This document shows positions 1 through 8,899 of a stretch of DNA of 64,000 nt, piece by piece. This DNA comes from a virus. The translations under genes were made by a program, and so were the position numbers. Location: IMG/VR virus record IMGVR_UViG_3300022843_000001, positions 64,001-128,000 of that record; one strand, 5' to 3'. The notes below the pieces were generated by a model. That model was not told the DNA's origin and ran no database searches. It worked only from the letters and a program-made list of their open reading frames with translations. Numbering within the stretch: the stretch's first letter is position 1; each line of letters starts with the position of its first letter.

Positions 1-477
1 CATATGATCTTGTATTGTATCTATTGGTGTCAACTTACGCTTCCAAGGTTCGTCCAAGGTGCCTGTCCTTATAGTGCTATAATCATTCATACCGCACTGT
101 GCATCATGCATAGTCATTACATTGTGGCCATCCATATCAGACCACAAAGTTGCACCAATAAATGCAACATCTTCTAGCCGCGTGACGCCCTTTTCTAAAA
201 CACTCACATTATCAAATTCTATTAGTTCGTTTGATATGCGATTATGTGTAGTTGGAAAGTTTGTCCCGTAATGCTCATGATTTCCAAGCACAAATATAAC
301 TTCTTTGAAGCGATAAGACATTTCTTCGATGAAATATCTATAGGACGATTTACGTTTAGCAAGGCCAATATCTCCTGCAAGAACAAGAACCGTATCTTTG
401 TCTTGAGGTAGATCGGGGATTTCCATATCGCCTTGACTAAACTCAAGATGTAAATCTGACATTATTCTAATTTTCAT
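1..477 (-). CDS. Calcineurin-like metallophosphoesterase (runs off the left edge; not in the ORF track)
   Basis: Hand translation from ATG at 477: MKIRIMSDLHLEF...LAGDIG...VLGNHEHY...FIGATLWSD. These are the DxH, GD and GNHE motifs. The frame stays open to base 1. Confidence 0.85.
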   Translation of the reverse strand, partial: MKIRIMSDLHLEFSQGDMEIPDLPQDKDTVLVLAGDIGLAKRKSSYRYFIEEMSYRFKEVIFVLGNHEHYGTNFPTTHNRISNELIEFDNVSVLEKGVTRLEDVAFIGATLWSDMDGHNVMTMHDAQCGMNDYSTIRTGTLDEPWKRKLTPIDTIQDHM

Positions 478-781
478 TTTTTACAGTCCCATCATCTTGT
501 AACAAAACTAAGAAAGGAGCAAGGTCACCTGTCCATTTGCTTTCATGACCGCATTGGCCGCACGAACAAACATAATAAGATAATTCATTCATGTTTACAG
601 GATCATAAAATCTTTTTTTGTGTTTATATTTAACTCCTGAAACACTGAACCACTCGTTACAGCTAGGACATTTAATGTCTGTCCCTGTTCTTTTTAAATG
701 CCGTTTGGTTACTTGATCATAGAAATAGGAATATAAGCGCGTATGCAGCTTGTCTATTATATTTTGAGGCTTCACATTCAT
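467..781 (-). CDS. Hypothetical Cys-rich (zinc-ribbon-like) early protein
   Basis: CPSC...CSCGQC. The true start is probably MNVKPQ at 781 (AAGGA upstream), because the longer ORF start reads through the promoter at 812-840. Confidence 0.6.
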   Translation of the reverse strand: MNVKPQNIIDKLHTRLYSYFYDQVTKRHLKRTGTDIKCPSCNEWFSVSGVKYKHKKRFYDPVNMNELSYYVCSCGQCGHESKWTGDLAPFLVLLQDDGTVKNEN

Positions 782-811
782 ATCGTCACAATCCTTAATT
801 TCTATACATGT

Positions 812-840
812 ATTATACCATAGTCGCGGCACAATGTCAA
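812..840 (-). promoter_or_regulatory. Sigma70-type early promoter (TTGACA-17-TATAAT, extended -10), with an upstream palindrome at 871-886
   Basis: Perfect consensus boxes; 797-877 is identical to 40701-40781. Confidence 0.9.
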
Positions 841-885
841 TAACTAATTTCAGTTTAGTTAGAATTAGTTGTTATATCGATATAA

Positions 886-2718
886 CTATTGTGTTAACCA
901 AACCTTTCTTAATGCAGGGTCAGCGCCAAACATTATTTCAAATTGATTTTCGTCATCAATAGATATAGTTGAAAATTCTGGTTTGTTGATTATATCGTAA
1001 TATTCCTCCTCGGTTAATGAAGCAAGACCTTTTATATATCTGTGATGATACCCAGCACTAGACTTGTTTGATTTGAATTCTTTGGCATCCTTATAAGAAT
1101 AGAACCAAGAAGCGGTCTTCTTATTAGAAGAAATCATAATAGGTGTTCGAGTAAGATGCACTCGCTTTTCGTCGTATAACCGCGGCCAGAATTTGTAGAA
1201 GAATGCAATTAGCAATCCACCGATATGGTTGCCGTCATGGTCTGCGTCTGCAAGTATGGCAATATTCCGGTAGGTCATATCATCAATGCTGTCTGGGTCG
1301 TTGATATTTAAACCAAGAACCGCGACCAATTCGCCTAACTCTTTATTCTTTAGAACATCGGCAGGTTTCATGTTCCAAGTATTCATTACAACACCGCGCA
1401 ATGGAAAACCACCTACAGTCTTGGGATTACGAACCTTTAACAAATAACCAATCGCGGAGTCACCTTCACATAGAAATAAGGTACCTGTAGTACCTGAAGC
1501 TGCAATGTGTTTCGGCACCTTAATCTTTCTAAGTTTCTTTTGTGCAAGTGTTGCCGCTCTATTATCAGCCGCCAGCTTCTTGGCCAACTGCGCTTCAACG
1601 ATAGGTCCAATAATATCATCTGAACCCATTATTTTCTTAGCAATCTTTTCGAAATCAATAACACCTGTTTTGTTGTAGTGTTCCTTAACTCCGGTTATAT
1701 TCGACGTTAGACGTTCCTTTGTCTGTGAATCGTAGTTAGGGTCGGTAAAATTGCGGGCAAACATGACAAAGGTAAGACCATTCTTGATCGTAGATTTGGT
1801 CACATCAATTTTAAATTTGCGTTTCACCAACTTGGCCAATATCTCCACAATCTCATTTATGATGTAATCAACATAAGTACCACCCATGCGAGTATTAACA
1901 CCATTGATATATGACGTAGTCTTGAACCCGTCTTCAGACGAAGTGATGAAATAGGTCAAATCGGTTGTCACGTTGAAAACTGTGCTTGCATCAGGGTCAG
2001 TCTGAAACAACTGAGCATATTTCTTTATATTAGATTCTTTAATACGAGTCTTGTTGAATTTGAATTTGATTTCAGGGAATGCAATCTGTAGGCTCGTTAA
2101 TCGATCTTGAATCAACTCCTCAGTATTAACGTCTGATATGTTATCAATACCGAACAATGCAAAGTCAGGGGTAAATGTAACTCTAGTACCGCTACCTTCC
2201 TTAGTTGAGTTAGAAACATCAATACTATTTGCACCATCCTTGCATTGCACTTTAACAAGATTTTTCTTCTGCCATGTTTCACCAATGAATTTCGAAGACA
2301 TAAAATTGGTACATGCAGAACCTACACCGTTGGCGCCAATCGTGGTACGTTCATCATCAAACGATGTACCCGCGTTAGTTTTTGTCCATGCAGCAACAGG
2401 CCTGACTACTTTATCACCAGTATGGTCTGTTACCATCTCTTGAGGTATACCGCGACCATTATCTTCGATAGTGATTGCATTACCTTTAACTGACACTGAA
2501 ATTTGGTTGGCGTGTTTGAATTTGGTCCGGATGGATTCATCAATTGCATTATCAATGATCTCGTCTACCATCTTGTTTAAGGCAGGAACATAATTAATAG
2601 ACTTCCATTTGCCCACGACAAAGCGCTCAAGACTTTCAGATGCAGTAGAACCAAGATACATCCCAGGCCTAGTGCGTACATGTTCGCGAGGGGATAATAT
2701 TTTAAACTCTTCTTTCAT
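886..2718 (-). CDS. gp39: DNA topoisomerase II large subunit (gp39+gp60 fused)
   Basis: RPGMYLGS, EIIDNAIDE, DNGRGIP, GANGVG (GHKL ATPase); EGDSA, PLRG and DADHDG (TOPRIM). Confidence 0.95.
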   Translation of the reverse strand: MKEEFKILSPREHVRTRPGMYLGSTASESLERFVVGKWKSINYVPALNKMVDEIIDNAIDESIRTKFKHANQISVSVKGNAITIEDNGRGIPQEMVTDHTGDKVVRPVAAWTKTNAGTSFDDERTTIGANGVGSACTNFMSSKFIGETWQKKNLVKVQCKDGANSIDVSNSTKEGSGTRVTFTPDFALFGIDNISDVNTEELIQDRLTSLQIAFPEIKFKFNKTRIKESNIKKYAQLFQTDPDASTVFNVTTDLTYFITSSEDGFKTTSYINGVNTRMGGTYVDYIINEIVEILAKLVKRKFKIDVTKSTIKNGLTFVMFARNFTDPNYDSQTKERLTSNITGVKEHYNKTGVIDFEKIAKKIMGSDDIIGPIVEAQLAKKLAADNRAATLAQKKLRKIKVPKHIAASGTTGTLFLCEGDSAIGYLLKVRNPKTVGGFPLRGVVMNTWNMKPADVLKNKELGELVAVLGLNINDPDSIDDMTYRNIAILADADHDGNHIGGLLIAFFYKFWPRLYDEKRVHLTRTPIMISSNKKTASWFYSYKDAKEFKSNKSSAGYHHRYIKGLASLTEEEYYDIINKPEFSTISIDDENQFEIMFGADPALRKVWLTQ

Positions 2719-3011
2719 AGAGAAACAACCGGCAGTTTTGAAAACATAACAAAAGCAGTATCGTTTATAGTAGGGGTTGTGGAATTATACATTTCAGCAT
2801 CCCATAGTGATTGGGGTCGATCAATCGAACCTTCTGCGATACGGGTCATGTTGAGGGTGTCTTGTTCGTATCGCAATGCTGCGCGTTCTGCGGTTATACG
2901 AGAAGGATAAACACCAACTATTGAATCTTCTGTTGTTTTAACTGTAAACATAGTTTCAAAATCTAGCATTGTGTCTTTCATTTCTTGTTTTGTCATATTA
3001 AATCGGTTCAT
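2715..3011 (-). CDS. Hypothetical early protein
   Basis: 98-aa ORF directly below the promoter at 3045-3072; overlaps the topoisomerase start. Confidence 0.6.
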   Translation of the reverse strand: MNRFNMTKQEMKDTMLDFETMFTVKTTEDSIVGVYPSRITAERAALRYEQDTLNMTRIAEGSIDRPQSLWDAEMYNSTTPTINDTAFVMFSKLPVVSL

Positions 3012-3044
3012 TATATTTCACCTTGTTTATTAATTTATATATGT

Positions 3045-3072
3045 ATTATATCATAACCCATGAGTATGTCAA
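3045..3072 (-). promoter_or_regulatory. Sigma70-type early promoter (16-bp spacer), palindrome at 3103-3118
   Basis: TTGACA and TATAAT boxes; downstream ACAT leader like the other copies. Confidence 0.8.
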
Positions 3073-3137
3073 CAACTAATTGAACTAATTGTCACAAATA
3101 TTTTTATATGGGTATAAACTTAGTTAATAACGTTTTA

Positions 3138-3413
3138 TTATGCAGTTTTCGTATACGAATTCATCATATTAATAATAATGGCGTCACATTGTATCGTACT
3201 ATCGATAATGTCTGCCAATATACAGTCGACTGGGTAGTATGCATTTTCTATCTGTTTAGAAATGGCATAGTCTATATATTCATTCAAGTGGGTCACCGGC
3301 TTGTCTGATGAAAAATTCCAATGGCCTGCATGATCGCGAAAAAGTGGGTCACCGTCGACCCAGTGATTAGGTTTGTATCTTGCAGGAAATTTGTCTATTT
3401 TTGGGTTTTTCAT
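3138..3413 (-). CDS. Hypothetical protein
   Basis: 91-aa ORF with a 4-bp overlap on the upstream gene. Confidence 0.55.
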   Translation of the reverse strand: MKNPKIDKFPARYKPNHWVDGDPLFRDHAGHWNFSSDKPVTHLNEYIDYAISKQIENAYYPVDCILADIIDSTIQCDAIIINMMNSYTKTA

Positions 3414-4024
3414 GTCAATTCTTCATTCTCGATATCTGCTTCTGAATCACCATCCCATTCGTCTTCCACCACATCTTCAACCTCTTTTTCTTTAAGCATA
3501 TTTTGTAATCTTTCGATCACTTCTTCGCTAGTCATCCAAAGATCTTTGTTGTCTAACATTGACTGAATCTCTCTTTCCGTCAAAAAACTTCTATAAATAT
3601 CATACAAAAAGTTTTCAGACCATCGCCGCTCATATATGATATTATCATACATTTCACCACCTTTACCCGAAGTGCCGCCACTGTAATTATGAAACATAAA
3701 CATAGAGTGCTCTGCAACTTCATAAGAGTCAGCACATAACATTATAATGGTAGCGGCCGACATACAAGAACCTTCAATAGAAACCATAACATATGCCTTG
3801 GTCTCTTTAAGTGATCGAGCAAATTGAATAGCAGTATATAAATTGCCTCCATCGGAATTTATATAGATCTTTATAACGTCTTGTTCTGATGCTTTTCGTA
3901 TCACATCAAACCAATTTATATATTGTTCTGGTGCTTCTATGTTACCGGACAAATAAAACTCATATAGATGTCCTATCGGAGTTTTTACAAAGGTGTCAGT
4001 TTCTATTAAATCGCTTATATTCAT
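3410..4024 (-). CDS. ClpP-like (S14) serine peptidase
   Basis: IYINSDGG, CMSAAT (catalytic Ser) and MFHNYS (His), the ClpP/crotonase pattern. Confidence 0.8.
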   Translation of the reverse strand: MNISDLIETDTFVKTPIGHLYEFYLSGNIEAPEQYINWFDVIRKASEQDVIKIYINSDGGNLYTAIQFARSLKETKAYVMVSIEGSCMSAATIIMLCADSYEVAEHSMFMFHNYSGGTSGKGGEMYDNIIYERRWSENFLYDIYRSFLTEREIQSMLDNKDLWMTSEEVIERLQNMLKEKEVEDVVEDEWDGDSEADIENEELT

Positions 4025-4670
4025 TTCGTACCTTAATTAATTTAGGGATCCATTTATAAATCGGCTCTATAAAAATCTGGGGTTTTTGGTAATCAACCCC
4101 GATTGCTATAACAGACTGTTCGGGTACTAATCCAGTTTGTTCATATAAAGCCGCACCGTAAAATGCACATTGCATAAAATAACTTTCTATCCATTCTATT
4201 TTCTTAGGTTTTGCCGACGTTTTAAAATCAATAATCGATAACTTACCATTCCAGTTTGCTATACAATCAACGCGTCCTGCTATTTGTAACTTGTCGGAAT
4301 ATAACGCAACTTCCTGAGCATATATATCACCCACAGCAAGATCAAGCACAGGTTTTAGTGATGAAAATAAACTCGTCACAATTGGCATATAACCAGCAGA
4401 ATAATGCTCCTTGTTTGCCAAATAGTCTTCTGCTATTTGATGAAGTGCAGTTCCTCTAGTTGCCGCATGTCTTGATGTTCTATCTGCTTCGTCTTGACCA
4501 ACGTTTTTCTTCCATTGGTCAATAGCATCTTTGGACAACATAGACAAAATTGTGGTGATAGAAGGATATCTATCACCAGCGGGGGTAGTATACAAACGCT
4601 CGCCATCCACCATCTCTGCGAGCAGATCTTTATAGATTAATGGCAAGCCGACGTGGTTAAACATTACCAA
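3996..4670 (-). CDS. PD-(D/E)XK (Cas4/RecB-like) exonuclease
   Basis: YPSITTIL, RGTALH, AGRVDC, IIDFKTS, QCAFY. Confidence 0.85.
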   Translation of the reverse strand: MVMFNHVGLPLIYKDLLAEMVDGERLYTTPAGDRYPSITTILSMLSKDAIDQWKKNVGQDEADRTSRHAATRGTALHQIAEDYLANKEHYSAGYMPIVTSLFSSLKPVLDLAVGDIYAQEVALYSDKLQIAGRVDCIANWNGKLSIIDFKTSAKPKKIEWIESYFMQCAFYGAALYEQTGLVPEQSVIAIGVDYQKPQIFIEPIYKWIPKLIKVRNEYKRFNRN

Positions 4671-5356
4671 TCAACACCTAGTTTCATGTGTTCCTTGGTC
4701 ATGATGTACTCACGAACTAGATCACTTCTCACAATGTCTTCCCAACCAAATTCCACGCTTTTAAACATCTTCATATTCGAAAGTATTTCGAGAAATGTAT
4801 TAATGTCTTCTTTGTCTTTTCTGGTTGTAAAATCAGATTGATGATAGTCACCACAAGCAATAAACTTGCAGTTATTACCTAATCGGGTGATAGTTGTATT
4901 CAGTTCTCTACCAGAAAGATTTTGCATTTCGTCAACAACTACAATTGCATTGTCTATAGTGATGCCTCGAAGGTATGAAGTTGAAACAAATTGTACATCA
5001 CCTGCCGCTTTTAAACTCTCCCATGCATTGCTCTTATTGAACAGATCGTTGCAGATACAAACATACGGTGCTTCATAAACTAATTTCTTTTCGTCTTCGT
5101 CGCCTGGGAGAAAACCTATATCTCTCGATGGAACAATTGATCTTACAATAATAAGTTGCTTATATTTAGTCTCCTTGTCTAATACATCAACCAACGCATT
5201 AGCTATGGCTATATAAGTTTTTCCTGTACCGGCAGAACCAGAAAGGATTAAATGATAATTATCATTGTATGCCTTAAAAACCTTTTCTTGATTTTTAGTT
5301 ATAGGCCCGAAATTTTTAAGGTCTTCTAAACGTAACTTTGTTGCTCTTGGCTTCAT
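4664..5356 (-). CDS. phoH: PhoH-family ATPase
   Basis: GSAGTGKT, IGFLPG, YLRGITIDNAIVVVDEMQN, TRLG...GDYHQSD. Confidence 0.95.
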   Translation of the reverse strand: MKPRATKLRLEDLKNFGPITKNQEKVFKAYNDNYHLILSGSAGTGKTYIAIANALVDVLDKETKYKQLIIVRSIVPSRDIGFLPGDEDEKKLVYEAPYVCICNDLFNKSNAWESLKAAGDVQFVSTSYLRGITIDNAIVVVDEMQNLSGRELNTTITRLGNNCKFIACGDYHQSDFTTRKDKEDINTFLEILSNMKMFKSVEFGWEDIVRSDLVREYIMTKEHMKLGVDW

Positions 5357-5358
5357 AT

Positions 5359-5589
5359 TTAATAGTCTGGTATGTTGTTAACTTTACACGTTTCCTTGAC
5401 TTTAGATATCATTTCTCGGAATCCGTCATCTACTTTTATATTGGTGCCAACACCACTAACGATTTTGGGTGAACCGACGATCTGCTTTATATGTGGGTTG
5501 TCTGTTAAGAAGACTCCCATAGAGGCATAACTCATTAGTTGCTCAAATCGTTCTTCAGTTTTAGTGTTTTCAAAATCGTATAATGGCAT
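5359..5589 (-). CDS. FmdB-like small protein
   Basis: MPLYDFEN...FEQLMS N-terminus typical of FmdB-like phage proteins; start refined to 5589. Confidence 0.6.
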   Translation of the reverse strand: MPLYDFENTKTEERFEQLMSYASMGVFLTDNPHIKQIVGSPKIVSGVGTNIKVDDGFREMISKVKETCKVNNIPDY

Positions 5590-5602
5590 TTGCTTCTCTT
5601 GG

Positions 5603-5764
5603 TTAGTATTTCGATTCTTGTATGTCAACGATCTTCGAGTTAAGAAACTCTAACTTCGTCTGTATTTTGTGCGCCTGTTTGTGGTTGCCCTCCTTTTCTA
5701 ATCGATAAAGATAATGCTTCAATTCCTTTGAATCCTTTTTAAGACGTTCTATTTGTGGAGACAT
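5603..5764 (-). CDS. Small helical protein (53 aa, not in the ORF track)
   Basis: Hand translation MSPQIERLKKDSKELKHYLYRLEKEGNHKQAHKIQTKLEFLNSKIVDIQESKY; GAGG 5 nt upstream of ATG; fills the gap between genes. Confidence 0.7.
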   Translation of the reverse strand: MSPQIERLKKDSKELKHYLYRLEKEGNHKQAHKIQTKLEFLNSKIVDIQESKY

Positions 5765-5779
5765 ACTTACCTCTTTTAT

Positions 5780-5817
5780 AAAAAAAGGCTGGTGTCGACT
5801 TTACTTCAACACCAGCC
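5780..5817 (-). terminator. Intrinsic terminator
   Basis: GGCTGGTGTTGA...TCGACACCAGCC stem followed by 7 U on the minus strand. Confidence 0.8.
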
Positions 5818-5847
5818 GCTAGTGTACGTGATCAACAATCACAAAAC

Positions 5848-5855
5848 TATTTATA
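5848..5855 (-). promoter_or_regulatory. T4 late promoter TATAAATA
   Basis: Exact consensus, overlapping the stop codon of the upstream gene. Confidence 0.65.
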
Positions 5856-6315
5856 AAAGGTCTTTGCTCGCAATAAGATGCGGAAACTCTGCAGTGATAA
5901 CCTTTACGGTCAGCCCTTTAACCACACCAGCCATCTTTTTGTCTTTCATCAATACTAAATATTCGGCATCAAGTGGGTGTATTTTTTCCAACATACTGAT
6001 AAATGCCGCCTCTTTCATAATGGGAGTCATTGAAGTTCTTTCTCCTACAACAAAATTGGCAAGTTGTGAAGATAATTTATCTAGGTTGATAGGCACCATC
6101 TTTTCTTCATTTTCAAGATAAAACGGAGTATAAGGAACTTCGCCCTTAGGTATAGACCACTGAATGGTGTCATCAAATGACCCTTTGAGAAAATCTCGCA
6201 GACCTAATGAGTTATGTAGTCTTAGTAGTTTAGATTTGTTAGCTGCACCTGTTGTTTCATGTACTTCTGCAAGCACTTCATGTAAATATTTCTTCATAAA
6301 AATTCTCCCACACAC
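5851..6315 (-). CDS. Conserved myovirus hypothetical protein next to RNase H
   Basis: 154-aa ORF overlapping the rnh 3' end; the likely start is MKKYL. Confidence 0.6.
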   Translation of the reverse strand: MCGRIFMKKYLHEVLAEVHETTGAANKSKLLRLHNSLGLRDFLKGSFDDTIQWSIPKGEVPYTPFYLENEEKMVPINLDKLSSQLANFVVGERTSMTPIMKEAAFISMLEKIHPLDAEYLVLMKDKKMAGVVKGLTVKVITAEFPHLIASKDLL

Positions 6316-7166
6316 TCAATTAAGAGGCGCATTCTGTTAGTTATTAAATAATTGAGCACTTTGTTGTTGCCCTTCGCAATCTTCGCCATCTCGTCATCGT
6401 GAGTTTTATATATATTTTCCATAATGTCTTCTGGTGTATAAGATAAGTCTACAAGAGTTCGGTTTCTGATATAGTTGCGCCATTGGTCTTTGGTTAAATG
6501 CTTCTCTAATTCATCCTCGGTCATATTGGTAAGAGGTTCAATAAAAGATTTAAGAATTGGTTTCTGTCTACCACCTTCAACAAAGATCTTATCGTGACTG
6601 TGCATACTAGGAACACCATCCCCTTTGTCTCCACGTATAATATGTTCCCGCAGATATTTTACAGGGTCTGCATCCTTAACCTGCTTCTTTTGTACAGGGG
6701 CAAATTGTTTAACATTTGAATGGCGGTGCAACTGAATAAAGTCGTGATCACCAGAAACAATCATTACCTTTTCGCCTTGGCCAAATTCCTGAGTACGTTC
6801 GACAAGACCGCCAATTATATCGTCTGCCTCAGCACCTTCCACATAAACAACACTATATGGAAAATTGTTCTGTAGATCTTCGCGAACACCATTAATGATT
6901 TCGAATAGTTGTTCCCAATCAATTCCTTTTGCTACTGCCTTATCTCTGTCTTCTTTTCGTTTAAATTTGTATTCAGGAAAATAAGATCTGCGCCACGAGG
7001 TTGCGTCACAGCAGATTACCATGGTACCATATTCTTTGCGAAATTTAAGATTATACATTCTAATCGAATTTAAAATCTGGTGCTTGATGATATCGGCGCG
7101 GGTGTGATCGAGATTGTTTACCATAATATTTGCAATGGCGATTGCATTATAATCTATAAGTATCAC
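6294..7166 (-). CDS. rnh: T4 RNase H (5'-3' exonuclease)
   Basis: LIDYN, SWRRSYFPEYK, EADDIIG, SGDHDFIQL, IRGDKGDGVP. Confidence 0.93.
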   Translation of the reverse strand: MILIDYNAIAIANIMVNNLDHTRADIIKHQILNSIRMYNLKFRKEYGTMVICCDATSWRRSYFPEYKFKRKEDRDKAVAKGIDWEQLFEIINGVREDLQNNFPYSVVYVEGAEADDIIGGLVERTQEFGQGEKVMIVSGDHDFIQLHRHSNVKQFAPVQKKQVKDADPVKYLREHIIRGDKGDGVPSMHSHDKIFVEGGRQKPILKSFIEPLTNMTEDELEKHLTKDQWRNYIRNRTLVDLSYTPEDIMENIYKTHDDEMAKIAKGNNKVLNYLITNRMRLLIECVGEFL

Positions 7167-7196
7167 TTGTTTTCCTATTTGTTAATCATTTCATGT

Positions 7197-7225
7197 ATTA
7201 TATCATGGCTAGATGCTGTTGTCAA
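7197..7225 (-). promoter_or_regulatory. Sigma70-type promoter for rnh
   Basis: TTGACA-17-TATAAT. Confidence 0.85.
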
Positions 7226-7226
7226 C

Positions 7227-7643
7227 CTATTTAAAAAGAGTTTTAACATGTTTTCGGTGAATTCGGCACCCAATGAAGGCATTATAATAATCTTCTGGCC
7301 TAAGCAACACCTCAAGATCAAATTGCAGCTTTGCCTCCATATAGTTCATTTCGCCTTTAGTCATGCAGAGCTCGAGTATCTCTCGTTGGAATCTGTCTTG
7401 TCCAAATTCCTCAACAAGAGACTTTACTAACTCACTGCTTCCATAATACTTTTGCCAGTCAGTTTCGACAATCTTTTTTCGTTTGCGGGTTTTGCCTTTG
7501 AGGGGTGGCAATTTACGGATAGACATAAGAGTCTTCTTGCCGACATATTTCATACCATTTGTGGTATCTGTTATGCAGTATATAAAACCTTTCCATTCAC
7601 CAATATCAGCAGAGGTAAACTCTTTACCTTTATAAATCCACAT
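7227..7643 (-). CDS. GIY-YIG endonuclease (single domain)
   Basis: GFIYCIT...KYVGKK, WQKYYGSS, EAKLQF; start refined to MWIYK at 7643. Confidence 0.8.
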   Translation of the reverse strand: MWIYKGKEFTSADIGEWKGFIYCITDTTNGMKYVGKKTLMSIRKLPPLKGKTRKRKKIVETDWQKYYGSSELVKSLVEEFGQDRFQREILELCMTKGEMNYMEAKLQFDLEVLLRPEDYYNAFIGCRIHRKHVKTLFK

Positions 7644-7806
7644 TTTGAGGAATCCCTTTTTTGTGGTTATCCAGAATGCTGCAAGTCTGCATCTCACATT
7701 CCATGCCATCAATATGGGTACATCCATTTTCAAGATAGTAATCACAGGCCCATACTGGGTCGTTCGGGTGCAAAATTCTGCCTATGAACCCTTCATAATC
7801 AAACAT
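7630..7806 (-). CDS. Small Cys/His-rich protein (58 aa, not in the ORF track)
   Basis: MFDYEGFIGRILHPNDPVWACDYYLENGCTHIDGMECEMQTCSILDNHKKGIPQNVDL; AGGA upstream; below a late promoter. Confidence 0.65.
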   Translation of the reverse strand: MFDYEGFIGRILHPNDPVWACDYYLENGCTHIDGMECEMQTCSILDNHKKGIPQNVDL

Positions 7807-7830
7807 AAAAATATTTCCTAATCAAACAAT

Positions 7831-7869
7831 TATTTATATGTGTGGCCAAGGAAGACCACACATATAAAT
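7831..7869 (-). promoter_or_regulatory. Hairpin after nrdA-C overlapping a late promoter
   Basis: 14-bp arms ATTTATATGTGTGG/CCACACATATAAAT (7832-7869); TATAAATA at 7831-7838. Confidence 0.7.
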
Positions 7870-7873
7870 TATA

Positions 7874-8899
7874 TCAGCCCTCGCATGCTTCACAAGAGCC
7901 ACTTGATGCTTTTACCCCCGATTCAGATCGTATATAATACAAAGATTTTATGAAAGGATCTTTGAATGCCATTTCATGTATTTTTGAAATTACTTCTTCT
8001 TTCTCGTCAGCACTAAAAAATAAGTTAATAGATTGTGCCTGATCGATATGTCTTTGACGCGCCGATGCCAATCGAATAATCGATTCTTGGTTGATTTCAA
8101 ACGCCGTCTTGAAAACTTCTTTCTGGTGATCATCAAGCCATTCAACATCCTGAACTGAACCGTTATCATCTATAATAGCATTTATAGTCTTCGGATTAAA
8201 AACACCTTTCTCTTTCATAACTGCTATGAGTACCGGATTGATTCTGTCAACTTCGCCAGCACTAGTTCTTTGCACGTATGCATTTTTGTATATAGGTTCA
8301 ATTCCTTGAGATACAGAGCCACATAAAATTGCCGAGGACAAATTAGGGGCAATTGCCATGCGGTGAGTGTTACGCAAACCGTAACCAACGCACCATTCCG
8401 GTTCACCTAGGGTTTCTGCTAACCAACGGCTAGCACGCTCTGAAGCTGTTGCCAGTTGTTTAAAAATTGAGTTGTTGATCATATGCGCTTCCATACTTTC
8501 AAAAGCAATGTTTTTCTGTTGTAAATAAGTATGAAAACCTAATGTACCTAAACCTAACGCTCTACTCTTTTCTGTGAAGCGAACTGCCTTTTCTAATCCA
8601 CGAATCTTTTTGCCTTCTTGGATAAATTCTTCGGCCACGCAGTCAAGAAAAACGGTTGCGTCAAATATAACTTCGTCTGGGTCTTTCATATTATCATATT
8701 GAGATAGGTTGATTGACGAAAGAACACAAGTAAAAGTAACATCATCAAAGCCTTCTCCTGTATCACTAGAAGTTGCATTCAATGTAATTTCAGTACAATT
8801 GTGTACTAATATATCATTTGCAAAGAAGTTATGATTATTCTCTACTGTAAGATCAAACACCGCTTCTTTATTATCTAAATATTCTATTGTTAAACTCAT
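7874..8899 (-). CDS. nrdA: Ribonucleotide reductase alpha, C-terminal half, preceded by a 34-aa IntC
   Basis: MSLTIEY...VFDLTV...HNFFANDILVHN followed by CTEI. Also LGLGTLG, AIAPN, DQAQS, KSLYY. Confidence 0.92.
   Translation of the reverse strand: MSLTIEYLDNKEAVFDLTVENNHNFFANDILVHNCTEITLNATSSDTGEGFDDVTFTCVLSSINLSQYDNMKDPDEVIFDATVFLDCVAEEFIQEGKKIRGLEKAVRFTEKSRALGLGTLGFHTYLQQKNIAFESMEAHMINNSIFKQLATASERASRWLAETLGEPEWCVGYGLRNTHRMAIAPNLSSAILCGSVSQGIEPIYKNAYVQRTSAGEVDRINPVLIAVMKEKGVFNPKTINAIIDDNGSVQDVEWLDDHQKEVFKTAFEINQESIIRLASARQRHIDQAQSINLFFSADEKEEVISKIHEMAFKDPFIKSLYYIRSESGVKASSGSCEACEG
8798..8899 (-). mobile_element. Split intein, C-fragment (IntC)
   Basis: Block F (VFDLTVENNHNFFAN) and block G (ILVHN), with Cys at +1. 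Confidence 0.92.

Noticed and set aside
222-446. 74-aa ORF in the track
   Set aside because: It lies out of frame inside the metallophosphoesterase gene (1-477), which has clear motifs.
782-832. N-terminal extension MPRLWYNTCIEIK of the 467-832 ORF
   Set aside because: It translates the promoter itself. The same applies to the listed starts at 22969, 29188 and 7745.
3996-4670. Cas4-like nuclease as a CRISPR-Cas component
   Set aside because: No cas1/cas2 or array; stand-alone exonucleases of this type are common in phages.
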